From Tubulanus polymorphus (lineage: Eukaryota > Animalia > Nemertea), in the NCBI RefSeq assembly GCF_964204645.1, contig NC_134033.1, positions 1,818,131-1,882,130 of the forward strand: a DNA stretch of 64,000 nucleotides, in the 5' to 3' direction. Position numbers and translations under genes: made by a program. How positions within the stretch are numbered: the stretch's first letter is position 1; each line of letters begins with the position of its first letter. The notes below the pieces were generated by a model. The model worked only from the letters and a program-made list of their open reading frames with translations, searched no databases and was not told the DNA's origin. Below are positions 37,401 through 49,740 of the stretch, piece after piece.

Positions 37401-40360
37401 TCTTTCCAACACAATCGACTAAGCCAAATATATTCAAATTCAATTTGAAACACCTTCCAGCTCTTGTCACGATCAGTAATAAAGATCGAACATCGAACAT
37501 TCTCAAAAAAGCAAAGCCGATCCAACGGTTTGCAAGCGTCAAGTTTGACACGGCCGTGGCTGCCTCCATTTGTGTGGAGCTGCTGCTGAAAATTCAAAAA
37601 TGTAAATCGGGTACCGGTATTTAACCGAGGACCGAGTGCTCGCCATTACACCATGGTATTTCTGATGGTTAACTTTTGAGCAACTGGCTCCAGAATCACC
37701 AGCCAACGGCCATATTTCATTGATGCAATGTACTGTGAAACGATATAATATAGACGGGAGATCAATGAAACTTAAATGCCTGACACTAAGACTTATTTCG
37801 ACTTTTTTGACTATCTTAGATGATTGGGAGAGGGGTCCAAAAATAAGGACATTTTCCGTGGTTTAAGGCTGTGAGTAGGGTGCCCCTCGGCGTTGAAACA
37901 AATACATCCAAAACAATTTAATTTGCAAGAGGATGAGTGTTAGATTTGTAAGTTTTATGCGATCACTGTCTTGACAAAGATGGTAATCTTAATGGGAAGG
38001 AGCAGGGGTCCGGACTACCGACCCTCCAAACCCGTAGTCTGTCCCTGTGTTACTAGAAATATATCTCTATTTACCATTTTTTTCAAATAACTAGGTGCCC
38101 TTGTTTCCATAGTTACTGAAAATTTTGATTTTAACAATGTAGGACCGGTTAAATTGGCAAATTTCTTGATATAAATATGCACACATGATACTCTAGAAAA
38201 CTTGTTTTGGAAGTTTGACTCGCAATTACTTAAAAACTAATAAAGATAATTGAAAACGGTAAAAGGTATATAAGACCACATATAGATGGCTATTGATCCT
38301 GAAAATTTCAAAAATGTAGATTAATATTTGTAAGAATTACGAACTTTTGAATGAGATGAGCAATAATTCAAGTTGAATTATCGGGAAGACGATATCAATG
38401 TTTATAACTTCACCAGCGCACATTGTTGCATTAACTTTATAAATGAGTGATATCATAAAAAAGTTTATTATCAGCCGAGTTCATCGATATTTTTACTTTG
38501 TTTCTATCTTAATCAAATCCAGAGATATGAACGAAATAAAAAAATTAAACCCGAGAAAAATAGGGACAAAAAATTCAACAATGCGGACTCGGCGGGTACC
38601 CAAAAAAATGGCGCCTGGAAACTGTAAAAAGGCTTATTAGAGCAAATTATTGCCAATTTTGGTTGACGTCAGTTAGATCAAGGTGCTGATCTTTTGTTGT
38701 CTATATTTTTAGTGGATGCCCGACTGGATACGACATGGACCTCGATAATATCGAATTTCTTTACGAAGAATGCGAAATAGTACAACACGAAGTTAAGCCG
38801 TTTTGTTACACCGCTTCCAATTGTCCCGATGGTAACAAATCATACATAAATTAGAATATTTTAACATAAATTAACATATAATCACTGCTGAGGTGTTTAC
38901 CGAGCCACAATAGCTGAGCTCCGGTCGGATTCATAATCATTATCATCTGATTCTGTGTAAATGGTTTGAACAGTCGTTTCTTCGAACGGAAGTTACAACC
39001 ATATTGCGCTGGGTTCGAATCCCAGTTTTTACTTCAGCAAAAAAAATTCTTTGTTGGTTCGAATCCTTTTTATTCATTGGTAGAGGTTATCTAATTTTGT
39101 TAGTCATCTTCGTTTTCTGAAATTCAAGAATGTGAAGAAAAAGATGGAACCAAACACGACATCGGTTCTTCGTGGAAGAGATGCTCGGATAAAGATGGCG
39201 CCCGCTCAGTGTGCACGTGCACCCGCGATATACAGCAAGATTACTGGTTTGAGCTTAAACCTCTGACAGGAGTCCCGTTCCCGGCATTCGCGCGCTGTGA
39301 TCTTTTAGGTAAGCAAAATACGTGGAAAAAGAGTGGAAAGTGGATCCACACTTACTACGAGTGGAATCCACTGTTTTCGCATTGAATGTCCTACTAGATA
39401 AGATAAGATATTTATTTCACTCCAACCATGGAGGCAAGATTATTGTATACAAAATATGAAATATAAAGATTGACAAAACATGAACAGAATTACTATATAC
39501 ATACAGACAAACTGCACACTAGTGACATCTGGTGGATCCTCACATACCTTCACCCTTCTCCGTCGCTCTACGATCCTAATGTCTATTTCAACCTGACTTG
39601 AGAGCATTCCGGGTGGCCTAGCTCGCTCATTTTTGGTAGTACATACCTGAAAAAGGTCTTAGTAGGACCAGAAAGGACTGGCAGTCGACCTAAATCATCA
39701 TTTTTTAATCCATTTGAAACTTCTCCATGCCAACCAACTGAAGTTTGATACGTAGGCATGGAAACATATTGTTAAACTTTCAAATCATGGAGTCACTTCT
39801 CTTCATTTAACCCCTTTCAGTGAAGACTTTTTGGATATCCTTCAATACAGTTTCAAATGGATTAAAAACGGATGTTTAAGGTCGACTGCCTGTCCTTTCT
39901 GGTCCTACTAAGACCTTTTTCAGGAATGCTCTCAAGGCAGATTGAAATTTCACCCAGCACTGGCAGTGGTTGTCTCCACCAGTGATCTCCGTCGCTCTAC
40001 GATCCTAGTGTAACCATCAGACACTAAGATTCTGGGTGAAGTTGAAATAGACATTAGTACATCAGACACTAAGGTTCTTGGTAAATACATGCGACGCGTA
40101 GAAACCTGTTGAGCCCTGCTGATAATTTGATTAAATCACGAAAGAAAATGATTCTGAATGCTATTTTTTCAATCATGTATTTTTAAGGATGTCGAGGATT
40201 CAAAAATGAATTCTTGGAGCCGTACGAAACCTACATAACAGACAGTGGTACGAAATGTCGATGCATCGAAGGTTCCGACCCGTGGCTGCGAGACGCGCCC
40301 GCAACGCTCTACTATTTATCCTGCGACCCGGAGCACCAAGAATCGTCCGGCCCCAAATAA
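34433..40360 (+). CDS. Secreted Cys-rich protein, paralog A (160 aa; signal peptide, (GTP)6, 8-Cys domain). Exons 34433-34623, 38713-38831, 40188-40360
   Basis: In-frame splice (483 nt): MSVSVISTASIAALFVLGVTYPSVCSG-YNTPAPRGTRRTP(GTP)6DGEIIL-GCPTGYDMDLDNIEFLYEECEIVQHEVKPFCYTASNCPDG-CRGFKNEFLEPYETYITDSGTKCRCIEGSDPWLRDAPATLYYLSCDPEHQESSGPK*. Exon phases and the 119-nt exon 2 are conserved in paralogs C and D. Confidence 0.85.
36450..38635. mobile_element. 2.19-kb non-autonomous DNA transposon with TIRs over 430 bp and apparent AT TSD (ISL2EU/Harbinger-like)
   Basis: 36450-36890 is the reverse complement of 38195-38635. Paralog D shows the empty site (GAAATTAGAGC on the minus strand near 49035-49045). 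Confidence 0.85.
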
Positions 40361-40739
40361 GTAATTTCCGCAAAAGAGGGATTCAGAAAAATACGGAGAT
40401 GAATAAAATCAATTCGAAATTTATTTAAAACCTCTTGAAATACGATGCCTAAAATGAATTCAATAGAATTTTATTGATCTATCGACTAAATAAAACGAAT
40501 ACGATACGACTATAGAAGTATAATCTTTTCAAATATTCTGTTATCAAATTCATTTCTTAGGGCCTTCAGGACATCTGGATCCACGGTTCTCGATTATTGA
40601 ATTAAATTGTCGCTTCAAACCATCGAACCAGAAGAGAACTTATCAAATTATGTGATTCCATTTAACGAAATGATAATAACGATACTCAAAAATATTCATA
40701 ATAATAGTAATTGTCATTTGAATAACGTAGGTATCCTAA

Positions 40740-41003
40740 CCTGAGGAAGTTCGGATAAGCTCCAATTTGGTAGTATTACCCCCCAGCCTTTAATTCTATT
40801 TCATGATGTATCAGTCATCTCTCCCTGGGGAGAAGTAACATCCGAGCAGCTGCTAGACACTCAGGAGTCGTCTATCAGGGCAGCTACCCATTTACTCCTG
40901 GGTGGCGAGAGGCAATGAGGATGTGTCTCGCCCGCGGACGGGATTCGAACCCACGACCTGGCTAAGCAGAGAGTCGAACGCTCTAACCACTCGCCCACAC
41001 CGC
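40740..41003 (-). mobile_element. tRNA-derived SINE with CORE-like central domain
   Basis: Minus strand: A-box TGGGCGAGTGGTTAGAGCG, B-box GGTTCGAATCCC, then CATTGCCTCTCGCCACCCAGGAGTAAATGGGTA. Confidence 0.7.
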
Positions 41004-41263
41004 TCGCCCACACCGCTCGCCCACACCGCTCGCCCACACCGCTCGCCCACACCGCTCGCCCACACCGCTCGCCCACACCGCTCGCCCACACCGCTCGCCC
41101 ACACCGCTCGCCCACACCGCTCGCCCACACCGCTCGCCCACACCGCTCGCCCACACCGCTCGCCCACACCGCTCGCCCACACCGCTCGCCCACACCGCTC
41201 GCCCACACCGCTCGCCCACACCGCTCGCCCACACCGCTCGCCCACACCGCTCGCCCACACCGC
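40991..41263. repeat. 13-bp minisatellite (CGCTCGCCCACAC) x about 21; shorter copy at about 46933-47010
   Basis: Perfect tandem 13-mer. Confidence 0.95.
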
Positions 41264-41960
41264 ATGGTCATGCTGACGCCGAAATTCGCTTTTTAGACTC
41301 CATATATATTAGCAATCCATATATTATCACAACACCTCGCCTGCCATACGTGGAATCCTCTATTGCCACTGTAGCACTGCGGATACCCATTATGATGTCA
41401 CAAAGGCAAAACATGTTTTATCTTCTAGAAGTGACTCAAATGATGCAGTCGATACTTTCTTTGCATCATAACAATAAGGTTGTTTTAGAACAGAAAAAAA
41501 CTAATATAGCAGCAAAGCAGCTATATCGGGTTATCTATTTGAAAATAAAAGGAAAGGAAAATGTTTTATTTTCTAGAAGGGAATTAAAATGATGGATCAA
41601 ATTAGAATAACATCATAACTATGAGGAGGTTTTATAACAGAAATGATAAATATGGTAGCAAAGCAGCTATATCCGATAATCTACTTGAAAACATGTACAT
41701 GCCACATACTAGGAAATGTCTATTGTTAGTATCTGTTCTATAATCTAGAGGAGACTTGTGTTCAATAAGTTTGATATATTTTTCTTGCGTCATGTGACGA
41801 CATCAAGGTCGTTTCGTAACAAAAGAAATGATGATAGACTGATCATCTAAATATGAAAGAAACGATGTGGGCGCGGGCCATGCGGCACCAAGTGATCTAA
41901 TCAGGGGCTGGCTATAAGAGCCCTGACAACAAGGTGCGTTACTCATTACTTCACCAGAAG

Positions 41961-42092
41961 ATGTCTGTTTCAGTAATTTCGACCGCTTCGATCGTCGCGC
42001 TGTTTGTACTGGGGGTGACATACCCCTCGGTTTGCTCGGGGTTTTACACGCCGGGAACACCAGGGACACCACCGCCTGGTGGTGAGATGATT
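41961..42092 (+). pseudogene. Orphan exon 1 of the secreted Cys-rich family (paralog B), broken before its splice donor
   Basis: MSVSVISTASIVALFVLGVTYPSVCSGFYTPGTPGTPPPGGEMI, then a direct junction to a copy of the family's upstream region. The conserved phase-2 GTAAGT donor is absent. Confidence 0.75.
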
Positions 42093-42747
42093 CAAAACAT
42101 CAAAACAATGCCATATGAAATATGAAAATGACATATTAGTATTTACAATGAGACACAGTCTCGCATACGACCGGTTTTTCTTAAGAACAATTTTTTTCAT
42201 TGGTAAAATTGCGAACATTTTCTTTCGTAGGGGGAGGGTGCAACAGCACCCGACGCATCCCACTGTCTGCGGGCCTGAGAAGCGACTTTAACTCATATAG
42301 CCGCAGCAATATCGGGTTATCTATTTTGAAAATGATTATGTCAGAATGGAAAATGGTTTGTTTTTTAGAAGGGAATTCAAACGACGGATCAAATTAGTAT
42401 GACATCATAACTATGAGGTAGTTTTATAACAGAAATGATAAATATGGTAGCGAGGCAGCTATATCCGATAACCTATTTGAAAGCATGTACGCGCTGCATA
42501 CTAGGACATTTCTATTGTATCTCTTCTGTTTTCTGGACGAGAATTAATTGTGTGTTCAGGAAGTTTGGTTTTTTTCGCGTCAGGCGACAATAAGGTAGTT
42601 TCAGATCGAAAATAATAATAGACTGATAAAACTGAAATGCTGAAAGAAACTATGTGGGCGCGGGCCATGTGGCACCAAGTGATCTAATCAGGGGCTGGCT
42701 ATAAGAACCATGGAAAGCATGTGTGTTACTCATTACTTCACCAGAAG

Positions 42748-45700
42748 ATGTCTGTTTCAGTAATTTCGACCGCTTCGATCGCCGCGCTGTTTGTACTGGG
42801 GGTAACATACCCCTCCGTCTGCTCGGGGTATTACACGCCGGGAACCCCAGCATCGCGACCTGATGGTGGGATGATGCCGTAAGTTTGTTTCTAAGTTGAA
42901 ACTTTAGTAAAATTGTTCAAAGGTACAAACATAGGCCTATTTATTTTTGGTAGAAATCTTTTTTTCAGATTGTTAATTGAAATAGGAGAAATATAGTTCC
43001 TCTTTTGTGTTTGATTTGATGATAATAATGATATTAATTTCATCATGAATTAAAAAGAATACAAAATTACAAATGGAATACGCGGAAACATAAAGAATTA
43101 GTAAATAGATGATAGAGGCCTGAACAGAGACATTATCAAGGCTGTAAAGTCACTAGAACGTTCAAGCCCCTTGAAAAAAAGTTCAAATGATATGTAGTAG
43201 TTGATAAGATATGAAAATAATAATATTAATGATAATGATGATCACAATCATAATTTGCTTTGTTCAAAGGTACAAAGATAGGCCTATACATTTTTGGAAG
43301 AATCTTTTTTTCACAATTCGGAGGGTTAAAGTCCATGTTTATATTTTTTGGAATTGAGATAGTGGAATTGATCCAAAATTCGTTTCAAATTAGAATATAT
43401 GTTTAGCATAAATCAACATAAATTACGGTTTAGAACGCGGTATCCATTGAGCGCTAAGCGACGGTCATTGGTGACGCATAGTTTGAGGGTCAGTTCCATT
43501 GTCACGGCTTAATTTTCAGACCTGTCTAAGGGCAACTTAGTTTCATAGCAAACCTAACAACTTAAGATCAGTCTTTTGATTTAAGACCACTTTAGTAGGT
43601 CTCGACTGTGGAATCGTGAAACTAGGCCCTGGTCTGGTTATACTACCAGAGCGTCCTGTCCCTTTGAAGGTTACTAAGCTTGGCCACCCGATGTCCTCGA
43701 CTCAAGCGAAGGCTTCATAATCAGATATTACCAAACAGCGTCAGCGTCAGCAAACAACCTGTCATACCATTGTAGGCAATCTGAACACATGTTGGCCAGC
43801 CATTGTTTCACTCAAAAATCAATTATTTTCAAATTCCAACGGCTGAATGTTTAAAAATAGTGAAGAGTAGCATTATCAAATAGTAACAGCTTGTATATGT
43901 TAGAATCACTTTTTTCACCATTCAAACTGACTGCCACTTCGCGTACCAAAGATATGACCCATTCAATCATCAATGACAAAAAATCACGTTCTTTTCAAAC
44001 TTGTTCTTGAATAAACAAAGGCACAATGTAATTCTTCAATTCAAATTTTTTATCTTAGACTCTAGATTGGTTATTAGCTTTGACAGCATATGGGTTTATC
44101 AAATAAATCATTTCGTCTATGCTTCCAGCGATTGTCCGACTGGATACACCAGATACCTCGATCGCCTCAACCCTTACTTAGATCTATGCGAAATAGCAGG
44201 ACACCAAGTTCAGCAGGACTGTTTTACCGCTATCAACTGCCCAACAGGTAACAAACAGATTATACATAAATTAGAATGTTTTAACATAAATTAACATATA
44301 TTATGGTTTCGGAAACCGTCAAAGCCGTCAAATCGTCTTAACGTCTGATTCTGTGAAAATTGACTTGAATAGTCGATTCCTCGAATGAAGTTTGCTCGAT
44401 TTTGCGCTAGGTTCGAATCCTAGCCTTTTCTTTTTAGCCCACTTGGGACTTTAGTCCCAGCGGGCTATTGCGTTCACTTTTCGTCCTTCGTCCGTCCGTC
44501 CGTCCGTCCGTCCGTAGACGGAATCCAGTTATTTTGGGAAGTTTTGAAGACGCTCCAAGGTAATGTCTTGATATTTGGTTTATACATGTATCTATCTACC
44601 ATAGACACATCTTCAGCCCAAAAACTGGCCCTGTCAGAATCAAGATGGCCGACTGGCAGCCATTGTTGTTCGCCAAAATCAGCACTTTTTACACGTTTTT
44701 GAACTTTTTGAGGGAAATTTTGAAGACGCCTTGATCAATTACCTTGACCTTTCGTATATTTTTGATCAGCCAATTATGACGCAATTGGCGGCCATCTTGG
44801 TGTCATTAGTACTCATTCGTTGGTGGGAAAAAGTTTTTCGACATTATATTGATACCTAAGCATATTTTGTTACAACAATCTTGGAGTAATCAAACTGAAT
44901 CAGTCTGATAACTCCAAGCAACAACGAATTAGAAAGTTGTAGCTTATAACGTGTTCTATGATTGTGGTGAGTTTCAAGTATTTGTATATATATTTTGTAT
45001 ATGGCCACCAGGGGCATTGCATAATACAATATCTTAGTATTTCTATATTATATTTGTACCAATACATAATTTGTTGCCACAATATATTGCAAAGTTGTAG
45101 CTCATGACATCGTTTATAATTGTGGTGAGTTTTAAGGAAATTGGTTTTTCTATATGGTCACCAGGGGGCGTTGAATAGTAGAATAACCTAGTATTTCCTT
45201 ATTATATTGGTACCTAGGCATATTTTGTTACCATGATCAATTGCAAAGTTGTAGTTCATGATATGTTCTATGGTGAGTTACAAGGTTATTTGGTTTTGAA
45301 TATGGTCACCAGGGGGCGTTGAATAGTAGAAAACTTAGTATTTCCATATTGAATTGGTAACGAGGCATATTTTGTTATCACAATCAATTACAAAATCGTA
45401 GCTGCTGACATGTTTTATGATTGTGGTGAGTTTCAAGGTCATTGGTTTTGTATATGGTCACCAGGGGGTGTTGAATATTGAATTTGTAAGATTGTTGAGC
45501 ATTTGAAACCACTTCCCAAGTGGGCATGGTGTCCCTGGACCCCTAGTTACTGCTGCTTTAGTTCTTTGTTCCAATGGGATCCATTCGAATCCAGAAATTC
45601 CATCTTGTATTCTTATGCGGACAGAACTTTTTTAAGATCTAACTTTCTAAATTATCTCTGTTTTCTGAATTTCAAGAATGCGAAGAGACAGATGGAACCA

Positions 45701-46174
45701 AATACGATGTTGATTGTTCATGGGAGAGATGTTCAGATAAAGATGGCGCTGTTTCCAGGTGTACTTGCACCCGCGATGTACAACTAAAATACACCTGGCT
45801 TCATCGGATTTACCCTCTGCCAGAAGTCCCGCTTCCGGTATTCGCGCACTGTAAACTTTTGGGTAAGCAAAATACGCGGAAAATGTGGGAAGTGGATCCA
45901 CACTTACCACCAGTGGAAACCTCTATTGCCACAGGCGACTGTGGAACCCTGCTGATGGTTTGATTCAAAGATCAAAGATCAAATTCTGAATGGTATTTCT
46001 TTTATAATGTCTTTTGAAGGTTGCCGCGGATTCGAAGGAGAATTCTTGAAGCCGTTCGAAACCTACAAAACAGACGGTGTTATGAAATGCCGGTGCATCG
46101 AAGGTTCCAATCCGTGGCTGCGAAACGCGCCCGCTACGCTGTACTATTTATCCTGCGACCCGAATCACCAATAA
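42748..46174 (+). CDS. Secreted Cys-rich protein, paralog C (134 aa). Exons 42748-42878, 44129-44247, 46020-46174
   Basis: In-frame splice (405 nt): signal-YYTPGTPASRPDGGMMP-DCPTGYTRYLDRLNPYLDLCEIAGHQVQQDCFTAINCPTG-CRGFEGEFLKPFETYKTDGVMKCRCIEGSNPWLRNAPATLYYLSCDPNHQ*. TATAAGA lies about 50 bp upstream. Confidence 0.85.
44431..45548 (+). mobile_element. Helentron-associated non-autonomous element (HINE/DINE-1-like) in paralog C intron 2
   Basis: T-run insertion context, subterminal IR GCCCACTTGGGA / TCCCAAGTGGGC, (GTCC)n microsatellite, internal tandem repeats of about 150 bp and a short 3' hairpin. It is absent from the same intron of paralogs A and D. Confidence 0.8.
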
Positions 46175-46823
46175 TCACCCGACGCCAAATAAGTAATTGC
46201 CGCAAAAAAGGATATAGAAAAAATGTATAGATCAATAAAATCAATTCGACATTAAGTTAAACTCTTTAGAAAAAAAACGATGCAAAATAATCTACTTAAA
46301 AATTGGCTGAAATCTCTAGACGCAAAATGAATGAAAATTTGAAATGCAAAAATAAATCATTCGTTCAAATGAATCAGTCGTTAGATTTATTTCATAGAGT
46401 CTTCAGGACACCTGGACCCAGTTCCACAGTTATCGATGAGAATTTGATTCTAGGGTCAACGAACCAAAACCTGAAGCGAACTTCTCATATTATGTTAGTC
46501 TATTCAACAGATCTATCTCAACTATCGATTTCCCCTGTTTCTTTCACATGAACAGAATTATATACATAAAGACAAAACACCTACTCAAACTGCACAATAG
46601 TGACATCTGGTGGATCGTCACATACCTTCACCCTTCACCCAGCCCTGGCAGTGGTTGTCTCCACCAGTGATCTCCGTCGCTCTACGATCCTAGTACATCA
46701 GACACTAAGGTTCTTGGTGAACACATGCCACGAGTAGAAACCTGTTGAGCCCTGCTGATAATTTGATTAAATCACGAAAGAAAATGATTCTGAATACTAT
46801 TTTTTCAATCATGTATTTTTAAG

Positions 46824-47032
46824 GATGTCGAGGATTCAAAAATGAATTCGTGGAGCCGTACGAAACCTACATAACAGACAGTGGTACGAAATGTCGGTGC
46901 ATCGAAGGTTCCGATCCGTGGCTGGCAGACGCGCCCACACCGCTCGCCCGCACCGCTCGCCCGCACCGCTCGCCCGCACCGCTCGCCCGCACCGCTCGCC
47001 CACACCGCTCTCGCTCAGATTATATCATATAG
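46824..47032 (+). pseudogene. Duplicated exon 3 of the Cys-rich family fused to the 13-bp minisatellite
   Basis: Intact acceptor TTTTAAG, then GCRGFKNEFVEPYETYITDSGTKCRCIEGSDPWLADAP running into repeat-derived sequence; the last Cys is lost. Confidence 0.7.
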
Positions 47033-48026
47033 CGCTAAAATCTCATGGTGACGCCGAAATTCGCTTTTTAGACTCCATATATATAAGCAATCCATATCAC
47101 AACACCTCCAAATATACAATACTTTCATTCTTCTACTCGGAAATCGGTAAAGTTTCCACGAATAATCGATTCATTTAAGAGAAAAGTTCATTCAGATTTA
47201 ATCGCAATGTAGAAGAAATCGAACACGGACGACCAACTATCTACTAGCACACCTGGCGGATCCTCGCCTGCCATACGTGGAATCCTCTATTGCCACAGTA
47301 GCACTGCGGCACAAAGGCAAATCATGTTTTATCTTCTAGAAGTGACTCAAATGATGCATTCGATACTTTCTGTGCATCATAACAATAAGGTTGTTTTAGA
47401 ACAGAAAAAAAACTAATATAGCAGCAAAGCAGCTATATCGGGTTATCTATTTGAAAATAAAAGGAAAGGAAAATGTTTTATTTTCTAGAAGGGAATTAAA
47501 ATGATGGATCAAATTAGTATAACATCATAACTATGAGGAGGTTTTATGACAGAAATGATAAATATGGTAGCAAAGCAGCTATATCCGATAATCTACTTGA
47601 AAACATGTACATGTCACATACCAGGAAATTTCTATTGTATCTGTTGTATAATCTAGAGGAGATTATTATTATTATTATTAATATATTTGAGTAAAGTAAT
47701 TATCTTTTTGTGAAATGGAATCACATAATTTGATAAGTTCTGTTCTGGTCCTGGTTCGATGGTTTAAACCGACGATCAAAAATTCCATAATCGAGAACTG
47801 TCGATCCAGATGTCCTGAAGACCTTGAGAAATAAATTTGATAACAGAATATTTGAAAAAGATTATATTTTTTGAATAAATAAATTTATTCTGCATTCGAA
47901 ATCGTATTCGTTTTATTTAGTCAATAGATCAATAGAATTATATTGAATTCATTTTAGGTATCGTTTTTCAAGAGGTTTTAAATAAATTTCGAATTGATTT
48001 TATTCGTCTCCGTATTTTTCTTTTTT

Positions 48027-48254
48027 TTACTTATTGGAGCCGGACGATTCTTGGTGCTCCGGGTCGCAGGATAAATAGTAGAGCGTTGCGGGCGCGTCTC
48101 GCAGCCACGGGTCGGAACCTTCGATGCATCGACATTTCGTACCACTGTCTGTTATGTAGGTTTCTAACGGCTCCAAGAATTCCTCTTTGTTTCCGCGGCA
48201 ACCTTCAAAAGACAGTTGGAGTGGTTGGAGTGAAATAAATATCTTATCTTATCT

Positions 48255-48285
<31 letters not shown>

Positions 48286-49740
48286 GTAGGACATTCAATG
48301 CGAAAACAGTGGATTCCACTCGTAGTAAGTGTGGATCCACTTTCCACTCTTTTTCCACGTATTTTGCTTACCTAAAAGATCACAGCGCGCGAATGCCGGC
48401 AACGGGACCCCTGTCAGAGGTTTAAGCTCAAACCAGTAATCCTGTTTATCGCGGGTACACGTGCACTTAGACAAGGCGCCATCTTTATCCGAGGTTCTCT
48501 GCCATGAGCTGCCAACGTCGTATTTGGTTCCATCTCCTTCTTCACATTCTTGAATTTTAGAAAACGAAGATGACTAACAAAATAAGATCTCTACCAATGA
48601 ATAAAAAGGATTCGAACCTACAAAGAACTATTTTTGCTGAAGTAAACACTGAGATTCGAACCCAGCGCAATATAGTTGTAACTTCTGTTCGAAGAAACGA
48701 CTGTTCAAACCATTTACACAGAATCAGATGATAATGATTTTGAATCCGACCGGAGCTCAGCTATTGTGGCTCGGTAAACACCTTCTCAGCCGTGATTATA
48801 TGTTAATTTATGTTAAAATATTCTAATTTATGTATGATTTGTTACCATCGGGACAATTGGAAGCGGTGTAACAAAACGGCTTAACTTCGTGTTGTACTAT
48901 TTCGCATTCTTCGTAAAGAAATTTGATAGTATTGAGGTCCATGTCGTATCCAGTCGGGCATCCACTAAAAATATAGACAAAAAAAAGAACAGCACCTTAA
49001 TCTAACTGACGTCAACCAATATTGGCAATAATTTGCTCTAATTTCGTTTCAACGCGAGCATTATTTCTGATAAAAAAATCACAATTCGAGATTTCGACAT
49101 TGGGAAAATAGACTATGCCCTGTATAACTATGAAAATTGTGAGAAATCTGAGTGCGGTTTATTTTTGAGCGCGAAGAAAATCGATTTGTTCTGAGCTTTG
49201 CATAATAACCTAAATATCGTCGGAAATCTTTGTGCACAACACCACCGAGGTTAAAATGTTCAACTAAAATGCATGGTAATATTTTCTAATTTTTGCTGTA
49301 ATTGCCGTTGGTTGCTTCATGTTTTCAATGAGGACAACAATTCAAATTCAACCGTCATAAGCTTGAACTTGTTCCTGAAACCGGGCCCTGGTCCTATTAA
49401 GACTCATATCAGGTATGAACAACTGACTGAACTCTAGGCCACCCGACGTCCTCGCAAGTCACACGACTAGATCTGCACTCGATTTCTTATTTCAAAATCA
49501 AACCCCAAATTTCAGTTCCGCAAATTTTCGCAAATTACAATTTTCTGCTTAAAAACAAACTTACAGAATTACAGGTGTCGTTGGTGTCCCTGGTGTCCCC
49601 GGTGTTCCCGGTGTTCCCGGTGTTCGTACCGCTCCTGCTGGTGCCGGCGTGTAATAATAGCCCGAGCAGACTGAGGGGTATGTCACCCCCAGTACAAACA
49701 GCGCGACGATCGAAGCGGTCGAAATTACTGAAACAGACAT
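48027..49740 (-). CDS. Secreted Cys-rich protein, paralog D (156 aa; (GTP)4). Exons 49740-49565, 48964-48846, 48202-48027
   Basis: In-frame splice (471 nt) with the same exon phases and 8 Cys; inverted duplicate of paralog A. Confidence 0.85.

Noticed and set aside
40861-41276. Cys/Arg-rich repetitive ORFs on both strands
   Set aside because: Translations of a stop-free 13-bp minisatellite.
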